Assembly (NCBI GenBank): GCA_050952805.1
Contig: JBMNLM010000001.1
Span: forward strand, 465,967 to 529,966
From: Bacilli bacterium
GTDB lineage: Bacteria > Bacillota_I > Bacilli_A > RFN20 > CAG-826
Direction of reading: 5' to 3'
DNA length: 64,000 bases
The notes beneath the pieces were generated by a model. The model was not told the origin of the DNA. It was given only the letters and a program-made list of their open reading frames with translations, and ran no database searches. Position numbers and translations under genes: made by a program. Below are positions 52,331 to 62,977 of this stretch, piece by piece; the first letter of the stretch is position 1, and each line of letters starts with the position of its first letter.

Positions 52331-54576
52331 CTTTTTATTACTACTTTCTTATCAATATTTACTTTTTGGCCATAAATTTTAAAATCAATCGGTTTACCAT
52401 CATTTGTTACAACTAAATTATCTTTTGTAACTTCTACCGTTATTAAACCTTCTGGAAGTAATAACTTAAATTTGTAACCATCCCACTCTAAAGGAAGCGT
52501 AGGATTTAGTACTAAAATTTCTCCATCACTTCTAAATCCGCCAAAACCATAAATTATATTCATCCATGCCGCTGCAATTGAAGTCATATGAATGCCTTCG
52601 TTTGTATTGTTGTTGTAATCATCTAAGTCAAGGCGAGTCGCAAATTCAAAGAATTTATATGCTTTTTCGTCTTCACCGATTTGAGAAGCAATAATGCTAT
52701 GAACGCTTGGAGAAAGCGACGATTCATGAATACATCTGGGTTCATAAAAATTAAAATTATTTCGTAGCTGTTCTACGCTAAATTTTTGATTGTAGAGAAG
52801 CATAAACATTAAAACATCTGGTTGTTTTATTAAGTCGTTACGATAAATTCTGTCATAACTCCAATGGGAATAAAGCGGAAAATCACTATTCGGAATGGAA
52901 CTTATATCAATGTGTGGAAGTTTAAAATACCCATCGTGTTGTTCAAAGAGTTTTGTTTTATCATCATAAAGAATAATCATGTTGTCGTGAGCTTTTTTAA
53001 TTTCGCGATAAAAATCTTCATCTACTCCGCACTTTTTGTTTAACTCTGTAAAATCATATTCATTATTTAATCTTAAAAGATAAGCAAAAGTTTCCTTTGC
53101 CATAAAGTTCGTATACGTATTGTTATTAACCATTAACTGGAATTCATCTGGCCCCATTACTCCGTAATAGCCAAAACTTTTACCATCACTACTATATTGA
53201 CCGCGACTTAAAAGAAATTTTGCAATTTCAATAATTAATTCACCGCCATAATTAAGCATAAATTCATCATCATGATAAATATTCATGTAATGGTATATTG
53301 CATAACTTACTGCGGTTGAAGGCTGTTGTTGCAAAGAAGCGTGTTGCCATAAAGTACACGCTTCTTCGCCGTTTCTAGTCGCGATAGGAAAACAGGCGCC
53401 AACACAATCGAGGTCAAGCGCTCTTTTCTTTGCTTCTTCAAGCGTGTCATAACGAAACATTAACAAAGCTTTCGCAGCTTTTTTGTTAGTAAACAAATAA
53501 TAAGGGAGACAATATGTTTCGCTATCCCAAAAAGCATGACCGCTATATGCTTCGCCTGTTAATCCTTTCGCGCCGATGTTGTTACCTTCTTCATAACCGT
53601 GATAGGCTTGTTCTAATTGAAATAGACAATAACGAATTCCTTGTTGATTTTTTAAATCACCATAGATTTCAATGTCGCTTTTTTCAAAGAGATTTTTAAA
53701 ATAAGCTGCATTTTGCTCAAAAACCCCAACAAAACCACGTTTAATTAAAGTTTTAAGTTCTTCTTTTGCAATTTCTAATTCTTTTTTATTATCATTACTG
53801 TTTTTAAAAGTTCGATTAATTACAAGGCGATCAATAACGTGTTCCTCGCCTTGTTTAAGTTTTAAAGTAGTAGTTAAACCAACGTTACTATTTTCATAAA
53901 ATGGTTTAGCTTCGTCTAAACCGGAAACGTTCATAATCGAGGTAAGTTTCATATTTGTATCAATTGTTTTTACTTGTACCCCAACGACATCTTTTTCTTT
54001 AATAACATTTTCTACTTCCCAGTAACATTTATCGCCCCAATGTAAAATTGCAGCATCAATCATAAATTTCGCTGCAATTTCAACATCTTTATTCGTACTA
54101 AGCGTTAATCTTACTGCACCTTCATGACAATTAACCATATTTAATAGACGTTCAAAAGTAAAAGTTATTTCGTAATCTTCTATGCACCAAGTAAATGTCC
54201 GAATATAATTACCATTTCGAAAATCTAATTCACGGGAGAAGTCTTTAAAATCGCTAACGTTTAAGTCAAGTTTTTGATTATTTACAACAAATTCACACTT
54301 TACCCAGTTAGGGGAATTAATTGTAAAATGCGTTCTTTTAGCAATTCCTTTGTAAGCATTAGGAATTTCTTCGCCATAACTTATAACACCGTTATAATAC
54401 GTTCCGATTAGACTAGGTCCAGAAAAACCTTCATCAAAAAATGCGCGGATACCGCTATATTCGTTACCAAGAGAAAATAGTGATTCAGAAACGACACATC
54501 TTTCTTTATGAAAGCCGACTTCTTTTATTTTCCAAGGATCTAATTCTAAATATGTTTTTGCAATTTTATTCGTCAT
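52327..54576 (-). CDS. glycoside hydrolase family 65 disaccharide phosphorylase (749 aa)
   Basis: GH65 signature AKGLTGEAYSGHAFWDSETYCLPYYLF. Overlaps the downstream GH65 gene by 4 nt. Confidence 0.85.
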   Translation of the reverse strand: MTNKIAKTYLELDPWKIKEVGFHKERCVVSESLFSLGNEYSGIRAFFDEGFSGPSLIGTYYNGVISYGEEIPNAYKGIAKRTHFTINSPNWVKCEFVVNNQKLDLNVSDFKDFSRELDFRNGNYIRTFTWCIEDYEITFTFERLLNMVNCHEGAVRLTLSTNKDVEIAAKFMIDAAILHWGDKCYWEVENVIKEKDVVGVQVKTIDTNMKLTSIMNVSGLDEAKPFYENSNVGLTTTLKLKQGEEHVIDRLVINRTFKNSNDNKKELEIAKEELKTLIKRGFVGVFEQNAAYFKNLFEKSDIEIYGDLKNQQGIRYCLFQLEQAYHGYEEGNNIGAKGLTGEAYSGHAFWDSETYCLPYYLFTNKKAAKALLMFRYDTLEEAKKRALDLDCVGACFPIATRNGEEACTLWQHASLQQQPSTAVSYAIYHYMNIYHDDEFMLNYGGELIIEIAKFLLSRGQYSSDGKSFGYYGVMGPDEFQLMVNNNTYTNFMAKETFAYLLRLNNEYDFTELNKKCGVDEDFYREIKKAHDNMIILYDDKTKLFEQHDGYFKLPHIDISSIPNSDFPLYSHWSYDRIYRNDLIKQPDVLMFMLLYNQKFSVEQLRNNFNFYEPRCIHESSLSPSVHSIIASQIGEDEKAYKFFEFATRLDLDDYNNNTNEGIHMTSIAAAWMNIIYGFGGFRSDGEILVLNPTLPLEWDGYKFKLLLPEGLITVEVTKDNLVVTNDGKPIDFKIYGQKVNIDKKVVIKR

Positions 54577-55490
54577 TATCCTTTAACTCCTCCTTTTGTA
54601 AGTCCACCAAGTATTTGTTTTTGGAAAATCATGAAAAGAATGATTTGGGGAATCATTGAAATCATGAGTAACATTAAGAATTCACTCGTATCAAACATTG
54701 GGACACTTTGTGTTCCAAGGTTGTAAATATGTACCATAATTGTCGCCATTTCCCCATCTTGCAATACAAGCATAGGTAAGAGGAAATCGCTATAAGCTGC
54801 AGTCATCGTAAAGATTGCAACTACGCCAATTATTGATTTATTTAAGGGAACAATAATACGGAAGAAAATTCTAAAATCACCTAAGCCATCGATTTGTGCA
54901 GCTTCAATAATTTCTTTTGGCGTTCTTTCAAAAGAATTCTTAAGAAGCATATAGTAATAAGCATTTGCCCCAAATGTTAAACAAAGCGGGATATAAGAAT
55001 TAATCATTCCAAGGTCTGTTATTGCTACAAATAGAGGGACAATCGCTATTGCACTAGGCATCATATAAGCAAGTAAAACGAGTACATGAATTACCTTGTA
55101 ACCAGCGGGTTTTATAATGCCTGTAACGTAAGCAAGTAAGCCATTAAAAATAACGGAACACACAATTGCTCCTGCAACGACAATTAGTGTATTTCCGTAA
55201 TAGCGAAGTAAATTCATCTTGTTCCAAACATCAGCGATTTTTTTAATATTAAATACTTCTGGGAACAAGCGATAATTCGTTGAATTTATTTCTGTAACTG
55301 TTTTAAAAGAAGTTATAAATAACCAAAGAATCGGCGTAATCGCGACAAGCGCAAAAATAATTAGTAAAAAGATAAAAACGCCATATAAAATCTTATAGCC
55401 CGGTTTTTTATAATCAGAAAAATTATAAACACCTAATCGTTTATTCTTTAAAGAATTTTTTGGCTTTTTTTGCTTCTTCTCTTTCTTCAT
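54576..55490 (-). CDS. carbohydrate ABC transporter permease (MalG-like)
   Basis: 304 aa, 6 TM, EAA loop EAAQIDGLGDFRIFFRIIVP. Confidence 0.85.
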   Translation of the reverse strand: MKKEKKQKKPKNSLKNKRLGVYNFSDYKKPGYKILYGVFIFLLIIFALVAITPILWLFITSFKTVTEINSTNYRLFPEVFNIKKIADVWNKMNLLRYYGNTLIVVAGAIVCSVIFNGLLAYVTGIIKPAGYKVIHVLVLLAYMMPSAIAIVPLFVAITDLGMINSYIPLCLTFGANAYYYMLLKNSFERTPKEIIEAAQIDGLGDFRIFFRIIVPLNKSIIGVVAIFTMTAAYSDFLLPMLVLQDGEMATIMVHIYNLGTQSVPMFDTSEFLMLLMISMIPQIILFMIFQKQILGGLTKGGVKG

Positions 55491-56389
55491 TTATTCTTTT
55501 TCCACTTCTTTTCAAACGCTCTTGTAATAAGAAAATAAACAACCGTAATTATGATAATAATTAAGGCCAAAATAATGCTTGTCGCAGCACTTTTACTTAA
55601 CTCATTTTTTGTAAAGTAGTAATAGGAAAGTTGCATTAGTGTCATCGCATCTTTTGATGTAGCCCCAGCGATAATCATTGGCTCATAAAATACTTGAAAA
55701 ACAGAAATAATTTGCAATATGAGTAATGTTAATATCGTTGGCCGCATTAAAGGCATCGTAATTTTCCAAAATCTTTGTACGGGTGAGGCCCCATCGATTC
55801 TTGAGGCTTCATAGAGATCGCTATCGATGTCTTGGAAGTTAGACATGTAAATAAGTGAGGTTCCTCCAAATCCTTTCCAAGTCATCGCAACGACAATTAG
55901 GGGGATAACAATACTTGCGTTACTTCGAAAATCCATTCTCTCTAGGCCCATTGATTTTCGAATAACATTTAAGATTGAATAGGCTTCATCTCCATAAATA
56001 TTTTGAAATAAAAAGACTACCGCGATCCCACTTAACATACTTGGAATATATAAGACAATACGGAAAAATCCCTTTAAATGGATAACTTCACTTAATAAAA
56101 AGCCAACTATCATTGGAATAAAAAAGCCAATAATAATTGACCAAAGTATGTACTTAAATGTATTCGTAAATGCGGAAATAAAATAAGTATCTTTAAAAAT
56201 TGCCCCGTAATTCCCAAATCCGACGAATTTTGTCATTTCATAATTTTCAAAAAAGGAAATGAGAATATTTTTAAAAAGGGGATACCAAACAAAAAAGCCA
56301 AAAAGAATTAAGGTTGGGAGGGCAATTAGCCAACCAACAATACTTTTTTTAAGATGCTTACGATTCTTTTTTGGCTTTTCTTTACTCAT
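55487..56389 (-). CDS. carbohydrate ABC transporter permease (MalF-like)
   Basis: 300 aa, EAA loop EASRIDGASPVQRFWKITMP. Confidence 0.85.
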   Translation of the reverse strand: MSKEKPKKNRKHLKKSIVGWLIALPTLILFGFFVWYPLFKNILISFFENYEMTKFVGFGNYGAIFKDTYFISAFTNTFKYILWSIIIGFFIPMIVGFLLSEVIHLKGFFRIVLYIPSMLSGIAVVFLFQNIYGDEAYSILNVIRKSMGLERMDFRSNASIVIPLIVVAMTWKGFGGTSLIYMSNFQDIDSDLYEASRIDGASPVQRFWKITMPLMRPTILTLLILQIISVFQVFYEPMIIAGATSKDAMTLMQLSYYYFTKNELSKSAATSIILALIIIIITVVYFLITRAFEKKWKKNK

Positions 56390-56395
56390 TTAATT

Positions 56396-57790
56396 CTAGT
56401 TATAAACCTCATCGAGTTTTGCTTGATATTGTTGGTTACACGTCGTTAAGATTGCCTTACAATTACACGTGCTTGGATTTGAAAACACTTGCGTTATTGC
56501 TTGGTCAAGAATTTCATACATTTCTTGCGGTAAGTAAGGCACTTCAACGTGTTTATTTGCATCGATACTATCGAAAAATTCATTGTAATAATCCATATTT
56601 ACATTAATGTATTCCGATAGTAATGAAGATTTATATTCAACAAATTCTTCGTTAATCCAAGGATAAATTTCTGGAAGAATCGGTTGATTTTTCCGTTTTG
56701 CGACTTCATATCCTTCGCGCATCGCTTGTTTTGAGTGATCATTGATATTTGGGCTTCTTCCAATATAATCAAAGAATTTTAGTACGCCTTCAACTTGGGC
56801 ATCAGTTGCTTTTTTACTAAAAACATAAGGCGTACCGCCATAAAGCGAATAGCGAGGATTAACTCCATCGCTTGGCATTGGAACAAAAGCTAAGTCGTCC
56901 AAATTAATCTTTGCTTGGGTTGACGCTAAATGAATTACATCATTTCCAACGACCGCCATTGCAACACCCTCGCCAATTTTGTTATACCATCCTTCATATT
57001 CAACGGCTTTTTGATTTAGTAATAGATCGTTATTTTTCAATTCTTTTATCCATTCAAGCGCTCTAACGGCTTCAGGAGAATCTAAATTCGCCTTAATTTT
57101 GCCGCCTTCTTCTTTTACGAGTTCTGCGCCATGATTCCAGGCATAGTTAGAAAATTGCCAACCACCATTTTTGTTAGTCGAACAAATGTATATAGCTTTT
57201 GTTTCGCTAGTTTCGGCAATAACTTCACCAACTTCGATAATTTCTTCAAAAGTCGTTGGATATAAAGGATTTCCTAATTCATCGTATAAAATATATTGAC
57301 CATTTCCATCTTTTTCAATTAGTTCATGGTCATAAAAAGTTGCTAAATTAATTAATAATCCTAATCCATAACCATCACGAGGAACGCCATAAATTTGATT
57401 ATCAAACGTTAAAGTTTGTTTCATTTCTTCGTCCATTTTTTCAATAAAGCCTACATTTTTGAGCTCTTTATCAATTGAACGAATATAATTACTATCAATT
57501 AACATTGGCGGTTCTGTAAACCAAGTTTGAAAAACAGTTGGTAAAGTTCCACTCATCGCTCTTGCAGAAATTGTGTCTTTGGAATACTCATAACGGTCTG
57601 GGACAATAACGTATTCAGGAAAGTCTCTTTCAAACTCTTCTTTCCATTTTGTATACATTTTTACGTCTTCTGTGTCAGTTTCAGTAGGCCAAAAACCAAT
57701 TTTTAGTTTCGTTTTGCCACTATTTCCGCCACACGATGTAAGTAACATCGGTAAAACACAAAAGAGCAATTTATAACGATTGCTTTTCAT
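56396..57790 (-). CDS. carbohydrate ABC transporter substrate-binding lipoprotein
   Basis: Start ATG 57788-57790 (MKSNRYKLLFCVLPMLLTSCGG) with GGAGG RBS. Lipobox LTSC. Family-1 SBP size. Confidence 0.8.
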   Translation of the reverse strand: MKSNRYKLLFCVLPMLLTSCGGNSGKTKLKIGFWPTETDTEDVKMYTKWKEEFERDFPEYVIVPDRYEYSKDTISARAMSGTLPTVFQTWFTEPPMLIDSNYIRSIDKELKNVGFIEKMDEEMKQTLTFDNQIYGVPRDGYGLGLLINLATFYDHELIEKDGNGQYILYDELGNPLYPTTFEEIIEVGEVIAETSETKAIYICSTNKNGGWQFSNYAWNHGAELVKEEGGKIKANLDSPEAVRALEWIKELKNNDLLLNQKAVEYEGWYNKIGEGVAMAVVGNDVIHLASTQAKINLDDLAFVPMPSDGVNPRYSLYGGTPYVFSKKATDAQVEGVLKFFDYIGRSPNINDHSKQAMREGYEVAKRKNQPILPEIYPWINEEFVEYKSSLLSEYINVNMDYYNEFFDSIDANKHVEVPYLPQEMYEILDQAITQVFSNPSTCNCKAILTTCNQQYQAKLDEVYN

Positions 57791-57804
57791 AACATTCCTC
57801 CTAA

Positions 57805-57836
57805 AACGCATTGAGGGAAATGTCCCCCAATGCGTT
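57805..57836 (-). terminator. 9-bp stem hairpin between large lipoprotein gene and SBP gene (partial terminator or processing/stability element)
   Basis: aacgcattg / caatgcgtt with a 14-nt loop containing a sub-stem. On minus strand only a UUUUAGG tract follows, then the SBP RBS. Confidence 0.3.
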
Positions 57837-57850
57837 AAGTTTAATATTTT

Positions 57851-60322
57851 TTAGTAAGTTCCGATTTCGTAAAGTGCTGTAAAGGCACTATATGCGGTTG
57901 CGCTAAGCGTAACATTTGCGTCGCTTTCGCCCCAACCACCAAAGTGAATATGGAGATATCCATCATCTTTGTATGAATTTTCAAGACCTCCAAATGTTTT
58001 TTCTAAGTCGATTCTTAGAACTGTTGGTGCTTCGGGATCGGTAGAAACTTCTGTTGACTCAGCGATTACTTCGCCTTCTTCATTAATTAAGCCTTGAGCA
58101 TTTGCAAATCTTAAGTCACTACCTTCGATTCTAAACGTAACTAATGTCATACCTTCCTTATCGGCAACTAATCTTACTTCTAAGATTTTTGCTTGGACTT
58201 CTTTTTGATGGAAGGAACCAAGATAAGCGTATTCTGCATCGCCAGCGGCGTTATTAAGCTCTACATCCGTTACTAGTCTCCAAGGCGTCGCGTACGTACG
58301 TGTATAAGATATAGTAGCGGTACCAGTTGAACCATCAAATCCACCAGCGTGAAGATGAGCACCTTCGCCAAGTCCAGTAGCGATAGGATCAATTTCAATT
58401 GTTAGCGGTTCTTCTTCTGTAAATTCTAATGTTGCATCAATTGGATTTCCATCCGTTCCAATAACTTTGTCATCTTTAAACCAGAATTCACCATCATCAT
58501 TTCCAAAGCGGAATGATTTTAAGTTACCCGTTCCTTCAAAAGTCAAAGTAACTTTATAAGCATCACCAACATAGACCCAGCCAACATAAGCGTAGTCAGC
58601 TAAATCTAGACCTGCTCCTAAAACTGCTTTTTCGGTCGTAACGCGATTTGCGGCAACGTCTGCAAAGTAAATTGAGTCGATTTTTACAGGGTTATCGAAA
58701 TAAATGTCGATGAAATCATCTTTACCAATGTCACTGCCACTTTCTTTTAAGTCGATGATGTAGTGGACAAATTCACCAGTCTTATAAGGATATGTTTCAA
58801 GATTTTCTGGAATTGATTTTAGTCCAGGTCCTGCAAGCCAATCGTGAGAGTAAACAACTTCACTTGAGCCTAAGCGCATTCCTTCGAGACTTCCACTAGC
58901 AACGATTACAAGATATGGTAATCCGCTTTGAGCAGCAGGGCTCGCTTCTTTAACGTTTACGTAATCGTCAGCAACTTCGGCAATTTCTAAGTAGCCGTCG
59001 TGAACAGAAACTTTGTCGCCGTTATGGTAGGAAAGAGCAACACTAATTTCATCAGGCGTATAGTCTGCAGTACTTGCTTCATCCCAATCACCCGTGAAAC
59101 TTGCTTGCGTACGGTTGAAGCTATCAAAGATAACGCGGTTTTCAATATCGATAACGGGGTATTCACTCAATGCTTCTTTTTCTTGAAGGTTTGTTAAGAA
59201 GATACGAGCTATATTTAAGGAGGTTGTGGAGGAAATAACGAGTTTATCTGTTAATTCAATTTCCGAAGCTTCTAAGTTAATAACGTAAGGAATATAAGCT
59301 CCGTTAATTGCTTCTTTAATTGCTTCGCCTTCTAAATCAAGCGCTTCTTTTTCGTTTACTAATAAGCCAGAGTTATCACCGTTCATATCAATAACGACGT
59401 TTTCAAAAGCTTCAAAACCAGCTGGTAAATCAACGGTGTAACTGCCGTTTTCGACATTAACACCTTTTTGAATGATAAAGCCAGTTGAATCACACCACCA
59501 ATAATCATAACCAGATGTATTTTTATTTTTTAGTGGGTGATTAAAGTCATCAACGACAGTTTTTGTCGTTCCAATTTTTGTGTAAACTTCCGCAATTTCA
59601 ATTTCTTGAGAAAGTTCAACACCGCTTTCAGCGTAAAGATGGAAACCAACCATCGTTTCTAAAACTTTGACATCACTTGGTGTTCCTTCGTTAGTTTCGT
59701 AGACGGTCGTATCATCTTCAATCGTTGTCGCAAAGTCCATTTCAATTTCTTGCCATTCCTCAGTTAATTCACTAAGTGGCTCGCCATCGCTATCGAAGGC
59801 ATCTCTAAAGGAAATTGGATAAACTTTGAAAGCATCATCACCACGAATTCCTAATACTAGGTTTTCGGTTTTTAAATTACCTTCACCGACTTTGCGCATT
59901 CTAAAGCCAATGACTTCAGGGTGAGCTCCTGCCATAACTGGTGAGGCAATTTTATAGATCGATGCGTCATCTGATCCGGGGAAATCTTCGTTATCCGAAT
60001 CAACTAATACTCGTAAAACCCCTTCATTTTCCACGCCTTCTAGCGTTCCTTGAAGAGTTTCTGTTGAAAAATCATCGACCATGAGGTCAAAGTTTTCATT
60101 GAAGTTACGAGTTACTGCACCACTTGGAACCTCGACAACATAAGGTGCCTTATGGTCAACTTCGCCCGTTGCGTCTTCACTTGGCGTATCATCAATGTCT
60201 TCACTTGGTGTCGTGATGATGTCTTCGCTTGGATCACTAGTCGTGTCATCAGCTGGTTTTTTACAACCGCCAAGCATTAATGCCGTTAGAAGAACAATGG
60301 GCATAATTTTTTTGGTGTTCAT
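57851..60322 (-). CDS. large acidic surface lipoprotein of unknown function (about 823 aa)
   Basis: Lipobox LLTALMLGGC. D/E/T-rich PSEDI repeats near N-terminus. No recognisable catalytic motif. Start probably ATG 60320-60322 (MNTKKIMPIV) with AAAGGA SD. Confidence 0.55.
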   Translation of the reverse strand: MNTKKIMPIVLLTALMLGGCKKPADDTTSDPSEDIITTPSEDIDDTPSEDATGEVDHKAPYVVEVPSGAVTRNFNENFDLMVDDFSTETLQGTLEGVENEGVLRVLVDSDNEDFPGSDDASIYKIASPVMAGAHPEVIGFRMRKVGEGNLKTENLVLGIRGDDAFKVYPISFRDAFDSDGEPLSELTEEWQEIEMDFATTIEDDTTVYETNEGTPSDVKVLETMVGFHLYAESGVELSQEIEIAEVYTKIGTTKTVVDDFNHPLKNKNTSGYDYWWCDSTGFIIQKGVNVENGSYTVDLPAGFEAFENVVIDMNGDNSGLLVNEKEALDLEGEAIKEAINGAYIPYVINLEASEIELTDKLVISSTTSLNIARIFLTNLQEKEALSEYPVIDIENRVIFDSFNRTQASFTGDWDEASTADYTPDEISVALSYHNGDKVSVHDGYLEIAEVADDYVNVKEASPAAQSGLPYLVIVASGSLEGMRLGSSEVVYSHDWLAGPGLKSIPENLETYPYKTGEFVHYIIDLKESGSDIGKDDFIDIYFDNPVKIDSIYFADVAANRVTTEKAVLGAGLDLADYAYVGWVYVGDAYKVTLTFEGTGNLKSFRFGNDDGEFWFKDDKVIGTDGNPIDATLEFTEEEPLTIEIDPIATGLGEGAHLHAGGFDGSTGTATISYTRTYATPWRLVTDVELNNAAGDAEYAYLGSFHQKEVQAKILEVRLVADKEGMTLVTFRIEGSDLRFANAQGLINEEGEVIAESTEVSTDPEAPTVLRIDLEKTFGGLENSYKDDGYLHIHFGGWGESDANVTLSATAYSAFTALYEIGTY

Positions 60323-60358
60323 AACATCCATCCTTTCATAATTATTTTTATGTATCTC

Positions 60359-62977
60359 TTATTCTTCATAGACGGTAAATTCGGATAATTGCCCACCATA
60401 TCCGCCTTTATCGCTATTTGAATAAATTATGACCTTAACGTAACGTGCTTTTACGCTTGAATCTAAGTTAATAATGTTGTTATTTCCTGAGGCTGGGTCA
60501 AATAAGAACGCAGTTTTTGGAACAACACTTGTAAATTCAGTAGTTTCTTTTTGATAAGCGTTTGTGCTATCACTAACTAATATTTCAATTTCTTGCGTTC
60601 TTGCTGACCATTTAAGTGAGGGGACTAAGAAGAGTCCAAAAACTTTTACGTTATAGACATCTCCTAAATCAATTACAAAGTAACCTGGTAGTTCTTTTGT
60701 TTCATAATATGAGGTTCCTGTAGGATCACCATCATTTACGCGACTTACCGTATAAACGTCATTATGTTCACTTGCATCAACGATTGGTTTACTAAAGGCA
60801 AGCGAAGGTTGATAAAACATAATTTCGCTAAAGCGGTAATCTTTTGTTGAAATAACGCTGTCTCTTCTAAAGAGTCTAAACTGTACGCCGTAATATTCTT
60901 GCGCGGTAATATTTATATCAATATAGTTGCCGTGAATTGGTGACATTTCATATTCACGAAGACCAATGCTACGGACATAATTTTTCGCTGGATCTTTTTT
61001 AACCCATACAGAAAGTGTGTATTCCGAGTAGTAAATATTATCAATTTCACCGATTAATCTAATCGTTCCAACGCTAACGGCACGATTAAATTCAATCGTA
61101 AGGGCGACAAATTCATCTTCTTCGTTTTTCCATTCCTTATTACGCCAGAAAGTTTCTTCATTTTTATCAATTGCATTTGAACTTGGGTAATCAGGATGCG
61201 AATATTCGCCGCTCCCGTCATCGCTTTCGGCACGGTTTGTCGTTCCGACACCGTGCGTTGCTTTGGCACTAAAGCCATCGCTCGTCGCAGGATTACCAAT
61301 ATAACTTCTTTCACCTTTTTGCCAAGCAAAAGCGGGCGTTAAGATCCCGCTTTGCTCGACGGGAGGATTACTCGTTACAAGTACGTCCTGGGAGGTCAAG
61401 GCTAACTTATAAGGTAGAGCAATCTCTGCCCCATGTACTTCTTCTTGAATAACTTTTACATTACTCGTGTAATCATTTTCAATTAATTTTAGTTGATCTT
61501 TGTTAGCGATGTTGCGGCCTTCAATTTCAACGCCTTTAATCGTAACGTTTTTGATTTTTGAAGCGGCGCTTTCACCAAATATGCGTGACTTAATTGTTGC
61601 TTCTTCATCAATTTTTCCTTCTTCGTAGACTTTTACGTTAGTGACGTTAACGCCATCAATTGAACCACGGTCTCCCCCAGATTTTGTCCATTCAATGCTG
61701 TAGGCAATCGTAAAGTCAATTAAGTAGTCGTTTTCGCCATCAGTTTGGTTATCACCAAACATGTAAGCTTTTTCAATTGTAATATTTTCATAATTAACGT
61801 TGCTAATTTCGGCTTGATCAGAATTATGTATTGAAATTGCAGCCTTATGGAAATTATTTAAAACAGTAATATTGCGGAATGTAATGTCTTTCATATAGGC
61901 GCCGTAAGTTTCATAACCTACTTCCATAGATTGAGCTAAGTCAGTCCAAACGGTAACGCCATCAAATAGAATATTTTCCGTTACACCTAAATCGTTATTT
62001 TTTACAACTAGGGAATCGTCCCACGTTCTTACAAAGCCACCAGTAACGGTGACGTTTTGGCAACTTTGTAGAGAGATGCCGTCACCATTTTGACGGGCGG
62101 TAATAATTTTAATGTCTTTAATCGTTACATCACTACACTTATAAAAGTTAAGTGCCCATCCGGCGGGATTTAAGAAAGTTAAATCTTCTAAAGTAACGTT
62201 CGTGGCATTTCTCATTACGACAGGTACGTTGTAGTCAGCTTCACTGCTACGACTATAGATATCACCAGAAATTATTCCGTGTCCTTTAATCGTGACGTTA
62301 TTTACAACTTCTCCGTGAAGATCGCCATAAACATAGGCTCCGCCAGCGATGTAGACGGTACAATTATCAAAAATCGGAATTGAATCAGCTTTGTAGCAGC
62401 CTGGTCCAATATAGACAATATTTGGATCTAGGGCGGCATCTTCTTCCGTTATCGGGTTTTCTTCAATTCTGTTTGTGAATATATGAATCGCGGTTTTATA
62501 GTCATCGTTATAAGTAAGAACGTAGTTTGTTTGATATTCGAGGTCAAAACTTATTGTGTTGCCATTAATTTTAATTGGGACTTGATAGGCAAGAGGCGAC
62601 AGGGACGCACTCTTAATTTCTACATCTTCGTTAATTTCAACATCAAGATGGATTTTTCCTTCAAAATCAAAAAGTACGACAGGCGCGTACGTTTCATTTA
62701 AGGACCATGAGAATTGGCGGTTGTAATTAACGAGTGTTTCATAAACAAATAAAGGTTCGCCGTTAACTTTAATATCGCACTTTGAACTCGTTTCCATGTT
62801 CGTTGGTCCGGGGTAAGTAACTACTTTTGACTCACTAACGACGCGATCACTTTCAATAAAAACGGCATTATAATCAACAGGTTTAGTTTCAATACCGGGA
62901 TCTTTTTTGCACCCTGAAAAAAGAGGCAAAACAAGCATTAGCGAAAAAAGTAATTTAAAAGTTTTCTTTTTTTGCAT
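60359..62977 (-). CDS. surface lipoprotein: beta-helix glycoside-hydrolase-like core plus two C-terminal discoidin (F5/8 type C, CBM32-like) modules
   Basis: Lipobox LFSGC. NGDGISLQSCQNVTVTGGFVRTWDDSLVVKN block paralogous to the 551-aa protein. C-terminal about 300 aa with two discoidin-like repeats. Start probably ATG 62975-62977 (MQKKKTF). Confidence 0.6.
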   Translation of the reverse strand: MQKKKTFKLLFSLMLVLPLFSGCKKDPGIETKPVDYNAVFIESDRVVSESKVVTYPGPTNMETSSKCDIKVNGEPLFVYETLVNYNRQFSWSLNETYAPVVLFDFEGKIHLDVEINEDVEIKSASLSPLAYQVPIKINGNTISFDLEYQTNYVLTYNDDYKTAIHIFTNRIEENPITEEDAALDPNIVYIGPGCYKADSIPIFDNCTVYIAGGAYVYGDLHGEVVNNVTIKGHGIISGDIYSRSSEADYNVPVVMRNATNVTLEDLTFLNPAGWALNFYKCSDVTIKDIKIITARQNGDGISLQSCQNVTVTGGFVRTWDDSLVVKNNDLGVTENILFDGVTVWTDLAQSMEVGYETYGAYMKDITFRNITVLNNFHKAAISIHNSDQAEISNVNYENITIEKAYMFGDNQTDGENDYLIDFTIAYSIEWTKSGGDRGSIDGVNVTNVKVYEEGKIDEEATIKSRIFGESAASKIKNVTIKGVEIEGRNIANKDQLKLIENDYTSNVKVIQEEVHGAEIALPYKLALTSQDVLVTSNPPVEQSGILTPAFAWQKGERSYIGNPATSDGFSAKATHGVGTTNRAESDDGSGEYSHPDYPSSNAIDKNEETFWRNKEWKNEEDEFVALTIEFNRAVSVGTIRLIGEIDNIYYSEYTLSVWVKKDPAKNYVRSIGLREYEMSPIHGNYIDINITAQEYYGVQFRLFRRDSVISTKDYRFSEIMFYQPSLAFSKPIVDASEHNDVYTVSRVNDGDPTGTSYYETKELPGYFVIDLGDVYNVKVFGLFLVPSLKWSARTQEIEILVSDSTNAYQKETTEFTSVVPKTAFLFDPASGNNNIINLDSSVKARYVKVIIYSNSDKGGYGGQLSEFTVYEE

